Shown piece by piece: positions 35,242-45,118 of a stretch of 64,000 nucleotides of DNA (the stretch's first letter is position 1; each line of letters opens with the position of its first letter). The position numbers and the translations under genes were made by a program. The notes under the pieces are model-generated. The model saw only the letters and a list, made by a program, of their open reading frames with translations. It was not told where the DNA came from and searched no databases. The stretch spans positions 70,868 through 134,867 of the forward strand of contig CAMBMO010000004.1 of the NCBI GenBank assembly GCA_945868805.1, written 5' to 3'. The DNA is from Singulisphaera sp. GP187 (GTDB taxonomy: Bacteria > Planctomycetota > Phycisphaerae > Phycisphaerales > SM1A02).

Positions 35242-37575
35242 TTACGACTTCGGAGCGAGGATAAGTTTCACAACTTCCGATGTCGGAAGCTCAAGTGCGC
35301 CGAAAGCCTGACCAGCCGCGTCTGCGATAGGTCCGGTCGAACTTTGAATGAGCGCCTGAAGCGATTGAATCTGACTCGCATCAAGCAAGTTGCCGTACTT
35401 CCGCGCACTCGTGGCAACACTCGAAAGGAGCGTCGCACGATCTTCCTCGCTCGCGGATAGAGCTGCATTCATAAGTGAGCGCTGAGCCGTAGCGCCGGGG
35501 AGTAGCGCCAGAACTCGAGCGACCTTCGACTGAACTTCCCCTGTAGATGATTGAAGCGTGCCGATCAGAGTCGCTTCTGCGACGCGAACATCCAGAATCA
35601 GATTCGATGACTCCGCCAGTCTTCGAAGCGCATTCAACGACTCGTCGAGATAGATCGCTGACTCTTCCGGGGTCACTGCGATGCCACCGGCAGCACCGAC
35701 GGCAGAATCGATCGCCATGACAAACTGCTCTTCCGTCGCGATCGACGCGAAGACCGAAACACGGGGATCGTTTTCGAATTCGATCGAGAATGCCTCCGCA
35801 TCGCCACCATTGGCGATGATGACAACGGGCGAAGTCGCGGTCGACCGTGCAAGCCGGATCCCGTTGACCGAATCGACCATCGATGCGTGCGATCCCTGAA
35901 GAACGACGAGATCCATCGTCACGCCGGGAGCCAATTTCCCTTCAATTTCGCTCATAGAAGCGCCGGTCGTCACCGTGGAAATCCCCAAACTGCCGAGTCG
36001 GGCAGCGAGCGCCTGCCGATCTTCCTCCGTCGTTGCGATCACCGCACCGGTCATGCCCCCCATCTGAATCATCGATGCCAGCACGGGAACGACGAGCGAG
36101 TCCTGCTGGAATGAACTTTGTGGAAGTGAACTCGCGAGCACGATCGCCGCCTCAAATCGCACTCGTCGATCGGCGAACAAGAGGCACTCGACGATGGGAG
36201 AACGCCCACTCAGTGGCGCAACCAAGGTCGTAGCGCCACCATTTGTGGAAAGCACACGGATGCATTCGCGCGCGAGAAGGACATCGCTTGCATCGATCGC
36301 GAATCCGAGAGCCATCTGGGCGATTCGCGCACCACTCGCGGTCCCGAAGAACTGCGCGCTGTAGCGACTCGCAAACATCGATGACTCTTCCGATTCGGAT
36401 GCGACGTCGATTTCGAGAAGTCGCAGAAACATCGACCGTCGGAGATCTGACGCGACATAGATCGCCAGCGCTTGCTCGGAATCCGGATCAAGTTCAAGCG
36501 CCTTCATTGCCGACTGAATTGCCATCGTTTCGCAGTAGAGCGGAGTTGGGATTTCGATCCCGACAAGTCCATTCGTAGCGCCGTAGCTCCAGATCGCATT
36601 GCGAGCATCGGCTGGATAAGGAATAAGCGAGGGGGCCTGATCGAAATAGCGACGTGCAAGCGCCGTGTATTGGCTCGCCGGATCCTGAGAAGTCCCCCCG
36701 AGTCGGGCGTAAGCGCGCAGTGCAGCGGCCCGGACATCATCCGCGGCCGCTGGATTTGTCGCAAGCCCCAACAGATACGCCTGACTGCTTGGATAGCCAA
36801 TCTCAGCCAAGATTTCGCAAACCTGACGTTGTGTATCGACTTCAAGGTCAGGCAGTGCCGCGCAAAGTGGAGCGACCGCGAGGCGCTTGAGATCGACCAG
36901 AACTGACCGCGCAGAGTTCGCGAGCTTTGGGTTGCGTGCATCACCGAGGGCATTGAGGAGCGCATGCACTGCAAATGCGCCTGCGCGCATGAGTTTCGCC
37001 CGCGCGACCATCTCCTGTCGCATCGAACCACCAAGCGCCGCGACAGCTGCTTCGATCCGGAGCGCGCTACGACTCGTCGCACGCGTTCCAGCGAGGTACC
37101 GCGATTCGAGTTCAGCGACCAAAACATCGGCGCCTTCCATCCCGCGACCTCGCGAGAATGCACGGTCAACCTTGTCAGAGATCCCCCGCGCTTCGACGAG
37201 ATTCGCGATCTGCTCGTCCGTAATTCCAGAATCGAAAAGCGACTGGATCGAAGCCTGCGCTCCTTCCGGATTCCCTATGAGGATGTAATGAAGCGCCATG
37301 TCGAGGTCGCGAGTCTGCTGGGTCGTCGCCTCAGTTGAGGCGTCTACCGGCGCTTCCGCAGGCGCTTCAGCAGGCTCGTCCGCCTGAGGCGAAGCGTGGC
37401 AGAGCATGTCAGCACTCATCAGGCTGAACGTGACGAGGGATGCGAAAATGTAGGACGTGCGAAATGTGGGGTCGAACAATTGAATTCTGCTCCTGACGGA
37501 CTCGAGATTCCCATCGATGAATGTTGATCGAAACGTTGGACTGCCAAAAGTAGCGCAATCGGGAGGACTGCGCAA
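35242..37575 (-). CDS. Large hypothetical exported helical-repeat protein
   Basis: The long ORF has coding-like composition, a signal-like segment (IFASLVTFSLMSADMLCHA) and HEAT-like repeats. The start is uncertain, with a possible TTG near 37479. Confidence 0.5.
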   Translation of the reverse strand: MRSPPDCATFGSPTFRSTFIDGNLESVRSRIQLFDPTFRTSYIFASLVTFSLMSADMLCHASPQADEPAEAPAEAPVDASTEATTQQTRDLDMALHYILIGNPEGAQASIQSLFDSGITDEQIANLVEARGISDKVDRAFSRGRGMEGADVLVAELESRYLAGTRATSRSALRIEAAVAALGGSMRQEMVARAKLMRAGAFAVHALLNALGDARNPKLANSARSVLVDLKRLAVAPLCAALPDLEVDTQRQVCEILAEIGYPSSQAYLLGLATNPAAADDVRAAALRAYARLGGTSQDPASQYTALARRYFDQAPSLIPYPADARNAIWSYGATNGLVGIEIPTPLYCETMAIQSAMKALELDPDSEQALAIYVASDLRRSMFLRLLEIDVASESEESSMFASRYSAQFFGTASGARIAQMALGFAIDASDVLLARECIRVLSTNGGATTLVAPLSGRSPIVECLLFADRRVRFEAAIVLASSLPQSSFQQDSLVVPVLASMIQMGGMTGAVIATTEEDRQALAARLGSLGISTVTTGASMSEIEGKLAPGVTMDLVVLQGSHASMVDSVNGIRLARSTATSPVVIIANGGDAEAFSIEFENDPRVSVFASIATEEQFVMAIDSAVGAAGGIAVTPEESAIYLDESLNALRRLAESSNLILDVRVAEATLIGTLQSSTGEVQSKVARVLALLPGATAQRSLMNAALSASEEDRATLLSSVATSARKYGNLLDASQIQSLQALIQSSTGPIADAAGQAFGALELPTSEVVKLILAPKS

Positions 37576-37638
37576 TGATCACGCCCTATGGATTTGGTAT
37601 CGTCGGGTCGTGATTGATCCTCGGCACTCGTGCGCTGA

Positions 37639-37830
37639 GGCGTAGCGTGGATGGCTGGCGCCACCCATTCTGCGAGGGAAGGCGGTGAGAATCCGCCACG
37701 GACGCGCCGCCGTAACGGGTGGAGGGCAGCCCTCCGCAACCCGAATCTGAGAAGCCACTGGATGTTGCAAGCGCAAGATCTGGGAAGGCAGATTCGGACG
37801 CCCGAAGTCGGAAGACCTGCCTTCGCCATG
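37639..37830 (+). promoter_or_regulatory. Cobalamin (B12) riboswitch
   Basis: The conserved core reads on the plus strand: AGGGAAGGCGGTGAGAATCCGCC (37675-37697), GCCACTG (37754-37760), TGGGAAGGC (37781-37789) and the B12 box AGTCGGAAGACCTGCC (37806-37821). Nested helices are GGCGG/CCGCC, GGAGGG/CCCTCC and GAATCTG/CAGATTC. The boundaries are approximate. Confidence 0.8.
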
Positions 37831-37858
37831 CATCGCTCCCTCGCGAATAGGGATCCCG

Positions 37859-38821
37859 ATGTCAGTCGCCTTCCAGTTCAAATCCCAAATGAAGATTCCA
37901 CCATGCATCATGCCATGTGAGTTCCGCCGCCGAGTGGTCGTCGCATTCATCGTTTCAATTTCATGCGCGCCACCAAGTTTGGCGACTGACTTCGCGCAGT
38001 CAGTCATCTCGTATTCGAGCGGATCGAATCCAGCGAATGGCTACACGAATCCATTGGTCGCGCTCGGATCCCCCGAGAGATTCACTGGCGAAGGAATTGC
38101 TCCTGGTGCCGTGACTCCCTTTTACCCCTGCTTCGGCGCGAACGAGATCGTTTCGATCGGAGCCGGTGGCCAACTCACGCTTGGATTCAACCCTCCTCTT
38201 CGCGATGAGGCAGGGAATCCATTCGGAATCGACTTCCTCGTCTTTGGCAATTCGTTCTTCACAGACGGCGCGTATCCATCGGGTACGGTCGGTTCGCTCG
38301 CGACCGACGGAGGAAGGATCGAAGTTTCGGCGGACGGGATCGAGTGGTTCCTTGTTCCGAATGCGATCGCGGACGGACTCTTCCCGACGATCGGATCCAG
38401 CGATGCCGGACCGTACTCCTCACTCGCTGGTGGCGTGGATGCCGATCAGCACAAGCCTGTTGATCCGAAATGGACTGCGCAGAATCTCGTCGGGAAGTCC
38501 TACTCCGAACTGATCGAGATTTACGATGGATCAGCGGGCGGCGCAGGGATTGATCTTTCGAGCGTCGGTCTGGACCAAGTCATCGCCGTGCGAATCTCCG
38601 TTGCAGCAGGTCCGAATTCCAATGTCGAAATCGACGCAGTCGCTCGCGTGCGATCAACGCTTGCCCGAGCCGACACGAATGGCGATGGAGTGGTCGACGG
38701 CATCGATCTCGCCACGGTGCTGTCGGCGTTCGGAACGACAACGGAAATAGCCGATATTGATCACAGTGGCATGGTGGATGGTGCAGATCTTGCGGCGGTC
38801 TTAGCTGGATGGACCGGGTGA
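37859..38821 (+). CDS. Uncharacterised exported protein with a C-terminal dockerin-like double repeat
   Basis: It has a signal peptide (best if the start is the Met at 37910: MPCEFRRRVVVAFIVSISCAPPSLA). The tail is DTNGDGVVDGIDLATVL...DIDHSGMVDGADLAAVLAGW. It is the first gene after the riboswitch. Confidence 0.6.
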   Translation: MSVAFQFKSQMKIPPCIMPCEFRRRVVVAFIVSISCAPPSLATDFAQSVISYSSGSNPANGYTNPLVALGSPERFTGEGIAPGAVTPFYPCFGANEIVSIGAGGQLTLGFNPPLRDEAGNPFGIDFLVFGNSFFTDGAYPSGTVGSLATDGGRIEVSADGIEWFLVPNAIADGLFPTIGSSDAGPYSSLAGGVDADQHKPVDPKWTAQNLVGKSYSELIEIYDGSAGGAGIDLSSVGLDQVIAVRISVAAGPNSNVEIDAVARVRSTLARADTNGDGVVDGIDLATVLSAFGTTTEIADIDHSGMVDGADLAAVLAGWTG

Positions 38822-39606
38822 CTGTTCGTCGCGGATTCACGTTGGTGGAAGCGCTTGTTTCCATCGGCATCGTGACACTCTTGCTCTCGCTCTCCCTCTC
38901 AGGCGTTGAGAGTGTGCGTGAGAGCAGCAGAGGAAGCGAATGCGGAGCGCGACTTCGCCAACTCGCAGTCGCAGCACACTCTTATTCGAATGCGTTCCGA
39001 GATTGCTACCCGCCGGCGGTGCTCTTCGAAGTCACCCCGACGGGAGTTCGAACAGTCGCGTGGGATTTCGTTCAGAATGCAAACGGGGAAGTTTCTCCCG
39101 GACCGCTCTGGTCATTCACCGACCATCCATATCGAACGCAGCAGTGCCCCGCATTTACGGGCTCGAGCACATTCGGAAATGACCCATACACAGGATTCAA
39201 TTACAACACGACCTTTATTGGTGCGGAAGGTTCATGGCCTACGGTTGGGATGGACGGTCAAGTCTTGGCCGGTTGGCGCAGCGCACGCCGCGGTTTGAAA
39301 GCAAGTCAACATCGACGCTGCGCCGAGACCGCGCTCTTTGGTGATGGCGGTTGGAAGGGCGGCGCAAACAAGTTTATGCGTGCTCCAAGCGCGACCGTTG
39401 AGATGGACCTCGGAGTCGTCTATGCGGGAGCGCAAGCGTATCGACATCAAGGCTGCACAAATGTCGCATGGCTCGATGGGCATGTCAGCGGAGTTTGTCA
39501 ACAGTGCAAAGGGGTGCATGCCACCGAGGCGATGATCGACTCCCCTCTTGGATGGCCCGCGAACGGTTTCTTGAGCGACGATGATTCCGCTTACGACCCG
39601 CGGTAG
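38809..39606 (+). CDS. Prepilin-type N-terminal cleavage/methylation domain protein with an H-X9-DG motif (DUF1559-type)
   Basis: The RRGFTLVEALVSIGIVTLLLSL pseudopilin N-terminus and HQGCTNVAWLDG (H-X9-DG) near the C-terminus are present. The start overlaps the stop of the previous gene (ATG 38809 or GTG 38818, against the stop at 38819-38821). Confidence 0.75.
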   Translation: MDRVTVRRGFTLVEALVSIGIVTLLLSLSLSGVESVRESSRGSECGARLRQLAVAAHSYSNAFRDCYPPAVLFEVTPTGVRTVAWDFVQNANGEVSPGPLWSFTDHPYRTQQCPAFTGSSTFGNDPYTGFNYNTTFIGAEGSWPTVGMDGQVLAGWRSARRGLKASQHRRCAETALFGDGGWKGGANKFMRAPSATVEMDLGVVYAGAQAYRHQGCTNVAWLDGHVSGVCQQCKGVHATEAMIDSPLGWPANGFLSDDDSAYDPR

Positions 39607-39666
39607 CCACCTCTCGATGCCGCCTCGCATAGTCGTCACTGATCTTCGGGGCCGAAGCAATTGGTC

Positions 39667-41454
39667 TCAGCGACGACCGAACCGTCGCTCGATCTCGATG
39701 ATGGGAATTCGAATCGAAGTTGGGCGACCATGCGGACAATTCGACGATCGGTCTGTCGTCGATCTGGCCGAGAGTAATTCCGCGATTTCTTCTCTCGATA
39801 GTCGGTCTCCGCCCTTGACCGCAGCCTTGCACGCCATCATGTCGAGAATGTCCGCAAGTGCTTGCTCGCGAAGTGTGGAGTCGTCGCTCGACGTTGCGGC
39901 ACTCGCGAGCGACTCATCACAGAGTGCGCGCACGACGAATGTTGCGGCATCGACTTTGCGTCCGATCAGAAATCCTGGGAACGCATGCACGGCGATCGTT
40001 CGCGGTCCGACTGCCGTTACTTCGATCCCCAGTCGCGCGAAGAGTGGCCCGAGCGTCTCGAGATTCGCAAGCGACTCTGGAGAAACATCCGCCGTTGCTG
40101 GGATCATCAGCCGCTGCGACATCAAGTCGCCTCCCCCGATGCGCGATCGAATCTCTTCGAACATGACTCGCTCGTGGAGCGCATGCTGATCGACGATCAC
40201 GACGGCGTCATCTTCCGCGAGGATCAACCACGTGTCGTTGACTTGCAGGACTTGACGCACTGCGACCGGAGGCGCGAGCAGATGTCCCTGATCTTCTTCC
40301 ATCACGACCCGTGAATGCGAAAACGAGTGCGAGGGCGAGGCTCGATCGACCGCGGATCGAGTCGAAACTGATGCAGAACTCGGCGCAGTTCGCGGATCGA
40401 TCCCATTCGAATCCGAGAGGGCGTGCGAGATCAATCTCGAATCCCCGACCGTCAGGTCCTCGCTCCGCAGTGCATCTTGTACTGATCGATAGACGAGGCG
40501 ATGCATCCACGATGGATTGCTCCAGCGAACCTCGCTCTTCTGCGGATGGACATTGACATCGACGAGCGAAGGGTCGACCGTCAGAAAGATTGCGAAGACT
40601 GGCTGCAACGATGGTTCCGCAAGCCCCCGGTACGCCTCGCGAACCGCGTGGACGAGTGAACGGTCGACGATTGGGCGACCATTGACAAAGATGCGCTGGG
40701 TTCTGCTCACCGACCGCATGGACGCTGGTCGACAGACGATCCCCAGCACACGACTCGCGAATTCCTCGCCGATTGCCTCGCCCGCGACCGTCAAGGGATT
40801 CTGTCCGAGCGCATCGCCGAAAACATCCGAGACCCGGCCGAAGCAGTCATTCGCCGTCGCGAAATCGAGGACTTTTCGTCCCCCACTTTCAAGGCGAAAC
40901 GCCACCGAAGGATGCGAAAGCGCAGCGTTACAGACGACTTCAGTGACCCGAGCCGCTTCGGCTGGATCTCCTCGGAGAAACTTTCGGCGTGCGGGAACAT
41001 TCGAAAAGAGACCCGCGACGACAATCGACGTTCCTGGTGGTCCAGACGATGGTTTTGCTTCACTGACTTCGCCGAACCTTGATTCGATCGTCCAAGACTG
41101 CCCGTTGCCACGAGTCGCTGATGCCAGTTTCACATGGGAGACAGACGAGATGGCACAGAGTGCCTCGCCCCGAAACCCGAGTGTCCTGATGCGGTTCAAG
41201 TCTTCGCTCGTTGTGAGCTTGCTCGTGGAGTGAGGGGCAAGAGCGAGCGAAAGTTCGTCGTGCGGTATTCCGTCCCCATCGTCGATGACTTCCAATCGTT
41301 CTCGTCCGCCACCTTCGATGCGGACGACGATGCGAGTCGCCCCGGCGTCAATGGCGTTCTCAACGAGTTCTTTCGCAACGCTTGCCGGACGCTCGATCAC
41401 CTCACCCGCGGCGATTTGATTCACGAGCGCAGATGAGAGAGTCCGAATCGGCAT
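39667..41454 (-). CDS. mutL: DNA mismatch repair protein MutL
   Basis: MPIRTLSSALVNQIAAGEVIERPASVAKELVENAIDAG and DDGDGI match the GHKL ATPase. The ORF extends to 41877, but the Met at 41454 gives the canonical N-terminus. Confidence 0.95.
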   Translation of the reverse strand: MPIRTLSSALVNQIAAGEVIERPASVAKELVENAIDAGATRIVVRIEGGGRERLEVIDDGDGIPHDELSLALAPHSTSKLTTSEDLNRIRTLGFRGEALCAISSVSHVKLASATRGNGQSWTIESRFGEVSEAKPSSGPPGTSIVVAGLFSNVPARRKFLRGDPAEAARVTEVVCNAALSHPSVAFRLESGGRKVLDFATANDCFGRVSDVFGDALGQNPLTVAGEAIGEEFASRVLGIVCRPASMRSVSRTQRIFVNGRPIVDRSLVHAVREAYRGLAEPSLQPVFAIFLTVDPSLVDVNVHPQKSEVRWSNPSWMHRLVYRSVQDALRSEDLTVGDSRLISHALSDSNGIDPRTAPSSASVSTRSAVDRASPSHSFSHSRVVMEEDQGHLLAPPVAVRQVLQVNDTWLILAEDDAVVIVDQHALHERVMFEEIRSRIGGGDLMSQRLMIPATADVSPESLANLETLGPLFARLGIEVTAVGPRTIAVHAFPGFLIGRKVDAATFVVRALCDESLASAATSSDDSTLREQALADILDMMACKAAVKGGDRLSREEIAELLSARSTTDRSSNCPHGRPTSIRIPIIEIERRFGRR

Positions 41455-41475
41455 GAATGAAAGTATGGTACGACG

Positions 41476-42252
41476 ATGCGTGACACGGTCGTGATCGGAG
41501 ACATCCACGGCTGTGGCGAGGAACTCCGAAAGATGTTCGACCGACTTCGACGCTGGGCAGGAGAGTCCCGAATCATTCTCGTGGGGGATTTGTTGACGAA
41601 GGGGCCCCGACCCGATCTCGTGGTCGAGGAGATTCTTCACCGACAACAATTGGGCTGGCGAATCGAAATCGTTTGCGGAAATCACGAACCGCGGGCCCTC
41701 GCAGCACTCCGCCGCGCTGGTCCGGACGGACGAACCAACGATCTTCCCCCACGACTCGCTGAGATGGTCGACATTCTCGCGGACGCGGATTTGTTGGAGG
41801 AAGCGCGGGACCTCCTCCGTGCATCCATGCGAACTCCATTCATCAGGGGACGCAATCCACACTGGACAGTCGTCCACGCCGGGGTCGATCCAATGCGGGG
41901 TTTCGAGAAGACTCCCCAGCGCTTGCGCATGTCTATCAAGTCAGCGCCTGCCGAAGACGACTGGTGGTGGCATTACGACGGCTCGGACGGACTGCTTGTC
42001 GTCGGGCACAAACCCCTTTCTCGACCGCTCATCCTTCGCAGGCCGGACGGGCGACCAGTCGTCGCCGCGATCGACACGGGGTGTGTCTACGGTGGATTCC
42101 TGACCGCCTATTTTATCGGTGCAGATCGACTGTTGATGATTCCGAGCAAGCAGAGACGACAGTTCAATTTCCGCCATCGAACGAGCCGTCGACCAGCCGA
42201 TAGCGCATGGCGAGCGGCATCCGCCGTCCAGGTCCGAAAGCTCGCGCGCTGA
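41476..42252 (+). CDS. Metallophosphoesterase (ApaH/PrpE-like Ser/Thr phosphatase family)
   Basis: The GDIHGC, GDLLTKGP and GNHE motifs are present. Confidence 0.8.
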   Translation: MRDTVVIGDIHGCGEELRKMFDRLRRWAGESRIILVGDLLTKGPRPDLVVEEILHRQQLGWRIEIVCGNHEPRALAALRRAGPDGRTNDLPPRLAEMVDILADADLLEEARDLLRASMRTPFIRGRNPHWTVVHAGVDPMRGFEKTPQRLRMSIKSAPAEDDWWWHYDGSDGLLVVGHKPLSRPLILRRPDGRPVVAAIDTGCVYGGFLTAYFIGADRLLMIPSKQRRQFNFRHRTSRRPADSAWRAASAVQVRKLAR

Positions 42253-43852
42253 GCTTTGGAATCATCGGTGCTTGGAATCGTTTGTATTGAGCTCGATCGA
42301 TCGCAGTCGTCCAACGCACCACGAGGTCTCGGTCCAACTTTGTCGCGAGCACGATCTCTTCGACGGAAAGTTCGTCATCGACCCAACCGGTAATGATGCT
42401 GTCAAGAACCGAATAGGGAGGGAGCGAATCTTGATCCGTTTGATTCGGTCGAAGCTCCGCCGATGGTGGCTTTGTCAGACTGGAAACTGGAATTGGCGCG
42501 ACTGCGAACCCGAATGCATTGTGATTGTTGTTCAGCCATGAGGCAACCGAAAAAACCTGTGACTTCAGCAGGTCGCCCAGTGGAGCCAATCCCCCGCACA
42601 TGTCTCCATAGAGCGTTGCATATCCAACTGCCAATTCGCTCTTGTTTCCCGTCGACAACACGAGAGCACCTGTTGCGTTGGAAAGCGTCATGAGAGTCAA
42701 TCCTCGCAATCGACTCTGCAGATTTTCATCCGTCACACCAGTGACCTTCGCGACGCGACCGATCGCGGCACCCGCTAACTCGTATCCACTATTGATCGAG
42801 AGGACATCGGGCGGCTTCATGCCCAACCGCTTCGCAGAGTCGAAGGCATCCGTGCGAGACTCGACGGATGAGTACGGTCCCGGCATCGAAACACCGCGCA
42901 CTCGATCCGGACCGAGCGCCGCGACCGCGAGTGCTGCGACGAGCGCGCTATCAATCCCGCCGGAAAGACCCAAGAGAACCCGCTCATGCCCCGTTTTCGA
43001 GACATAACCGCGAATGGCGCTGGTGATCGCATGCGCGTGCTCTTCGTCATCCACCATGTCGGGGGGCTTCGCCATCGCGCAGCCGCGATCCGCAATGAGG
43101 ACCTCCTCAGTAAACCTTCGAGCGAACGATCCACTCCCGTCCGGATGGACAAGGCACGAACCACCGTCAAAGACGAAATCGTCGTTCGCCCCGACTGCAT
43201 TCACGCTCGCGATCGAGACGGCGTATTTTGCCGCGGCATTGCCGACCAGTTGAATTCGACGCGCCTGCTTTCCCTCGAAGAATGGCGAGGCGCTCGGAAC
43301 GACGATGAGATTCGCACCCGCCTGCACCATTTGTTTCGTCAGATCGTTGGAGTAGCAATCGCTCTCCCCAACATCAGCACCCCGCCAGAAGTCCTCGCAA
43401 ATCAACACTCCGACTCTTTCTCCCTCTACGTCAATCAGCGCAGAATCGACTCCCGGCGCGAAGTACCGTGTTTCGTCAAAGACGTCGTACTGAGGAAGGA
43501 GTCGTTTCATATGAACGCTCTCAACTTGACCCCCTCGCAAGACGACGCACGCATTCGCGATTGGGAGCGGACGACCCGCGACTCGCCACGGAGAACCGAC
43601 GATCACCGCAACCTCGCCGGCACCATCACTCTTCAATTGCGTCGCCAGCTCGACGAGAGTCCGTGCGCAAGCGTCGACGAATCCACCACGAAGGAGGAGA
43701 TCGCGAGGCGGGTAACCGACCAGCGAGAGCTCTGATGTGATCGCGAGTTGAGCGCCTCCCCGTCTCGCCTCGATCACTCGTTTGCGAATGAGAGATGCGT
43801 TGTGTACGAGATCTCCGACGACAGAGTCCGATTGAATGAGCGCGATGCGCAT
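42164..43852 (-). CDS. nadE: Glutamine-dependent NAD+ synthetase
   Basis: An N-terminal CN-hydrolase domain (MRIALIQSD...ITSELSLVGY...ICEDFW) is followed by the NAD synthase P-loop GLSGGIDSALVAAL. Confidence 0.92.
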   Translation of the reverse strand: MRIALIQSDSVVGDLVHNASLIRKRVIEARRGGAQLAITSELSLVGYPPRDLLLRGGFVDACARTLVELATQLKSDGAGEVAVIVGSPWRVAGRPLPIANACVVLRGGQVESVHMKRLLPQYDVFDETRYFAPGVDSALIDVEGERVGVLICEDFWRGADVGESDCYSNDLTKQMVQAGANLIVVPSASPFFEGKQARRIQLVGNAAAKYAVSIASVNAVGANDDFVFDGGSCLVHPDGSGSFARRFTEEVLIADRGCAMAKPPDMVDDEEHAHAITSAIRGYVSKTGHERVLLGLSGGIDSALVAALAVAALGPDRVRGVSMPGPYSSVESRTDAFDSAKRLGMKPPDVLSINSGYELAGAAIGRVAKVTGVTDENLQSRLRGLTLMTLSNATGALVLSTGNKSELAVGYATLYGDMCGGLAPLGDLLKSQVFSVASWLNNNHNAFGFAVAPIPVSSLTKPPSAELRPNQTDQDSLPPYSVLDSIITGWVDDELSVEEIVLATKLDRDLVVRWTTAIDRAQYKRFQAPMIPKLSARAFGPGRRMPLAMRYRLVDGSFDGGN

Positions 43853-43857
43853 GGTCG

Positions 43858-45114
43858 TTAGAGCGTCGCGATGTCGCGCAGTCCGCCACGCGCAACGACT
43901 TCGATCTCTCGCTCGCGCAAGGCGCGAAAAACTTCCTCGCAGTGGTCAGGCCCGCGAACCTCGACCTGACAGAGAACTTGCACTTTCGAAACGTCTGCCT
44001 CTCCGAATGCACGTTCATGGGAAACCTGCTTGATACTTGCCCCGGTCGAGGCAATTCCAAGCGCGAGGTCGGCCAATCCACCGGGACGATCGCGGATCAC
44101 TGCGAGAAACTGAATCAGACGACCGTCGAGAGTCAACCCGTGTTCAATGACGCGCGAAAGTGTCGTGGGATCGATGTTTCCTCCGCAAAGGACCAGCACG
44201 ACCTTTCGCCCGACCAGCTGAGGCAGCTTCCCTTCGAGGAGGGCTGCGAGTGGCGTGGCGCCGGCACCTTCAACGACACCCTTCTCATACTCTGCGATTC
44301 GAAGAATTGCACGCGTGATCGATTCCTCCGAAACCGTCACGACCTGCTCGATCCGATTCCTCGCAATCTCGAAAGAGAGTGATCCGACCTCAGGAACTGC
44401 GAGTCCATCGGCCAATGACGAATCAGATTGCACTCGAACGGGATGCCCCGCCGCGAGTGCGGCGGTCATACTCGGACAGCGGGCGGACTCCACACCAATC
44501 AACTTGGCGCTCGGCCGAAGAGCTGAGCAGACAAGACTGATTCCTGCGATCAACCCGCCACCGCCAATTGGTACGACGATCGCGTCTAGGTCTGGGCATT
44601 GCTCAAGAATTTCCAAACCACAAGTCCCCGCACCGATGATGATGTCGGGATCATTGAAACCGTTGATGTAAGTCAGCCCCTCACTCGAAACGATTTCGTC
44701 AGCGCGGTGGCGCGCCTCGGCGATATTGTCTCCGTGCACCACGACTCGGGCTCCAAATTCCCTGCAACGAACCTGCTTGACGATGGGTGCGAATCGAGGC
44801 ATGACGACCGTAATCTGAATTCCCAAGTCCCGCCCATGAAAAGCGAGAGCGAGCGCGTGATTGCCCGCGCTTGCAGCGATGACACCTTTCGATCTCGTCG
44901 CAGCATCGAGTTGCATCAAGGCGTTGCGAGCCCCACGTTCTTTGAATGATCCCGTCGACTGCTGATAGTCCAGCTTGCACCAGACTTCGCAATGACAGAG
45001 TTCCGAGAGCGCTTCGCTGCGCTTGCAGGGAGTTCGGATGATCCCACTCTCGATTCGAGTCGCCGCCGCGACGATGCGGTCAAAGGTCGGAGTCATCGTC
45101 GTAGTGATCGACAT
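43858..45114 (-). CDS. ilvA: Threonine ammonia-lyase (short form with a C-terminal ACT-like domain)
   Basis: The PLP motif QSTGSFKERGARNA, the GGGGLIAG loop and an ACT-like tail are present. The Met at 45114 lies just after the pckA stop; the ORF extends to 45222. Confidence 0.85.
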   Translation of the reverse strand: MSITTTMTPTFDRIVAAATRIESGIIRTPCKRSEALSELCHCEVWCKLDYQQSTGSFKERGARNALMQLDAATRSKGVIAASAGNHALALAFHGRDLGIQITVVMPRFAPIVKQVRCREFGARVVVHGDNIAEARHRADEIVSSEGLTYINGFNDPDIIIGAGTCGLEILEQCPDLDAIVVPIGGGGLIAGISLVCSALRPSAKLIGVESARCPSMTAALAAGHPVRVQSDSSLADGLAVPEVGSLSFEIARNRIEQVVTVSEESITRAILRIAEYEKGVVEGAGATPLAALLEGKLPQLVGRKVVLVLCGGNIDPTTLSRVIEHGLTLDGRLIQFLAVIRDRPGGLADLALGIASTGASIKQVSHERAFGEADVSKVQVLCQVEVRGPDHCEEVFRALREREIEVVARGGLRDIATL

Positions 45115-45118
45115 AATT

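Noticed and set aside
37651-37920. 89-aa plus-strand ORF covering the 37.7-kb intergenic region
   Set aside because: The region carries the conserved cobalamin-riboswitch core, so it is better explained as structured RNA.
42164-42252. 89-nt convergent overlap of the metallophosphoesterase and nadE 3' ends as a functional antisense arrangement
   Set aside because: The phosphoesterase C-terminal ~40 aa beyond its catalytic domain are low-complexity. The overlap may simply reflect the absence of an earlier stop codon.
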